Virus record (IMG/VR): IMGVR_UViG_3300025324_000004
Length of the DNA stretch: 40,896 nucleotides
DNA from: a virus
Reading direction: 5' to 3' (one strand)
This document shows, piece after piece, positions 39,963 to 40,896 of the stretch. How positions within the stretch are numbered: position 1 is the stretch's first letter; every line of letters starts with the position of its first letter. The translations under genes were made by a program, and so were the position numbers. The notes under the pieces are model-generated. The model ran no database searches and was not told the DNA's origin. It worked only from the letters and a program-made list of their open reading frames with translations.

Positions 39963-39990
39963 CCGGACACCAATTCACATCTTCATGCCC

Positions 39991-40019
39991 TTGACTTTTT
40001 AAGTGTATTGGGATATATA
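39991..40019 (+). promoter_or_regulatory. Sigma70-type promoter: TTGACT, 17-nt spacer, TATATA, upstream of the portal gene
   Basis: Read directly as ttgactttttaagtgtattgggatatata. Confidence 0.5.
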
Positions 40020-40083
40020 CGGGTATATTGGGGGCGCGAAATCAATCACAGATCAAACCATTGAATCAGACGTAAGAGTCTGG

Positions 40084-40896
40084 ATGGCGCGTATCCGTCG
40101 CGCCGAGGAATACCAGAAAAAGCAGCATGATTTCTGGAATCGAAGTCGCGACCTTGCTACCGGGGCCAGGTTTGCCAATGACCCTTTTTACATGGCGCGT
40201 GGCGGGCATTTCACGAATCTTGCGACCGCCTATATTGACACCCACCTTCCGGCTGTTGTGTTTAGATACCCTAAAATCAATATCAAAGCGAAACAACGAC
40301 ATGCTTCTCTTGACATGATCCGATTCGCTCAGGCCATGTCCGATACGGAAAATCATCTTTGGGAAGATCAGGATCAAAAATCTGAAGACCGAAAATCAGT
40401 TTTGGATGCCATCTGCTACTCAATCGGCTGGATGAAAATTGGATTTCAAGCTCAATTCGGAGCAGTGGAAACGGAACAAAATCAGGAAATGAGCTTTGAA
40501 AACCTCAATACCGCCCTTCTGGAACAGGAAAAAGACCTTTCTAGGCAGACAAAACAGGGCAAAGTGATCGAAATGTCTGAGAAAGTCCAGTCGGAAAGCG
40601 TTTATTCCTGTTGGGTGTCTGCTTTCGATATGTTTGTGCCGGAAGGGTATCATTATATTGAGGACATGCCATATCTTATTCAAAGATATGTCCAGCCCAT
40701 TGAAGATATTCGTAACAATACTCTTTTCAACGAGAACCGTGAATTTGTCCAGTCTAAAAAGAGATCGTTTACCTCTTCTAAGGGCGTTTTGTTCCAGAGA
40801 CCACAACAGGATTCCAGATCGGTTGTCTCAGATTTCGATCAAGATGTCGGTGAATATTTCGAAGTTTGGGACAAAAGAGGCCAAAGCCGGTTCTAT
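40084..40896 (+). CDS. Portal protein, N-terminal part (open to the window end; continues at base 100 after the 99-bp overlap)
   Basis: My own translation from ATG 40084 is MARIRRAEEYQKKQHDFWNRSRDLATG... with no stop to 40896. It is in frame with 1..1281. The ORF track misses it because it has no stop in the window. Confidence 0.75.
   Translation, partial: MARIRRAEEYQKKQHDFWNRSRDLATGARFANDPFYMARGGHFTNLATAYIDTHLPAVVFRYPKINIKAKQRHASLDMIRFAQAMSDTENHLWEDQDQKSEDRKSVLDAICYSIGWMKIGFQAQFGAVETEQNQEMSFENLNTALLEQEKDLSRQTKQGKVIEMSEKVQSESVYSCWVSAFDMFVPEGYHYIEDMPYLIQRYVQPIEDIRNNTLFNENREFVQSKKRSFTSSKGVLFQRPQQDSRSVVSDFDQDVGEYFEVWDKRGQSRFY
40798..40896. repeat. Second copy of the 99-bp terminal overlap
   Basis: Identical to 1-99. 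Confidence 0.95.

Noticed and set aside
1-40896. Diversity-generating retroelement, retron, or integrase/attP module
   Set aside because: No ORF shows reverse-transcriptase (YxDD) or recombinase motifs. The fibre genes have no nearby template-like repeat of their C-termini.

Overview
The window is a complete, circularly closed tailed-phage genome. Bases 1-99 are repeated at 40798-40896, giving a 40797-bp unit, and the portal gene runs across that junction. The plus strand (about 36.2 kb, through the junction, to 22.1 kb) carries the late module. In order it holds: small terminase, a 475-bp repeat-dense non-coding gap, small coupled ORFs, large terminase, portal, scaffold-like protein, major capsid and a decoration-like protein. 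Next comes an O-antigen-ligase/Wzy_C-family membrane protein inserted behind a terminator. It is followed by a long run of fibre and tail-module proteins, three internal-virion-like proteins and a putative holin/spanin cassette. The minus strand (36.15 kb down to 22.08 kb) carries many tiny, mostly ATGA-coupled early or accessory genes. Those I can recognise are a SleB-type secreted cell-wall hydrolase, a NinG/Rap-like protein, an outer-membrane beta-barrel moron and a protein with a (QQVx)18 repeat. There is also a 4-gene envelope/glycan cluster (transglutaminase-like, small membrane protein, GT1 glycosyltransferase, DUF4330-like). I saw no integrase, repressor, polymerase, helicase or primase, and no tRNA, CRISPR array or reverse transcriptase. 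An intergenic cluster of consensus DnaA boxes plus an AT-rich tract looks like the replication origin. The most unusual signals are as follows. (1) Canonical Sec-type signal peptides sit on six or seven consecutive virion-module proteins, next to a Wzy_C/PglL-like enzyme. (2) Many perfect short tandem repeats occur, including three different arrays in consecutive head-module spacers. (3) A 12-14-nt mini-hairpin motif is shared between the capsid leader and the terL region. (4) The DnaA-box iterons. (5) A long-range RNA switch links a stop codon to a distant Shine-Dalgarno. (6) A duplicated gene pair has near-identical 3' ends. All functional calls rest on remembered family motifs and gene order; no database search was run.
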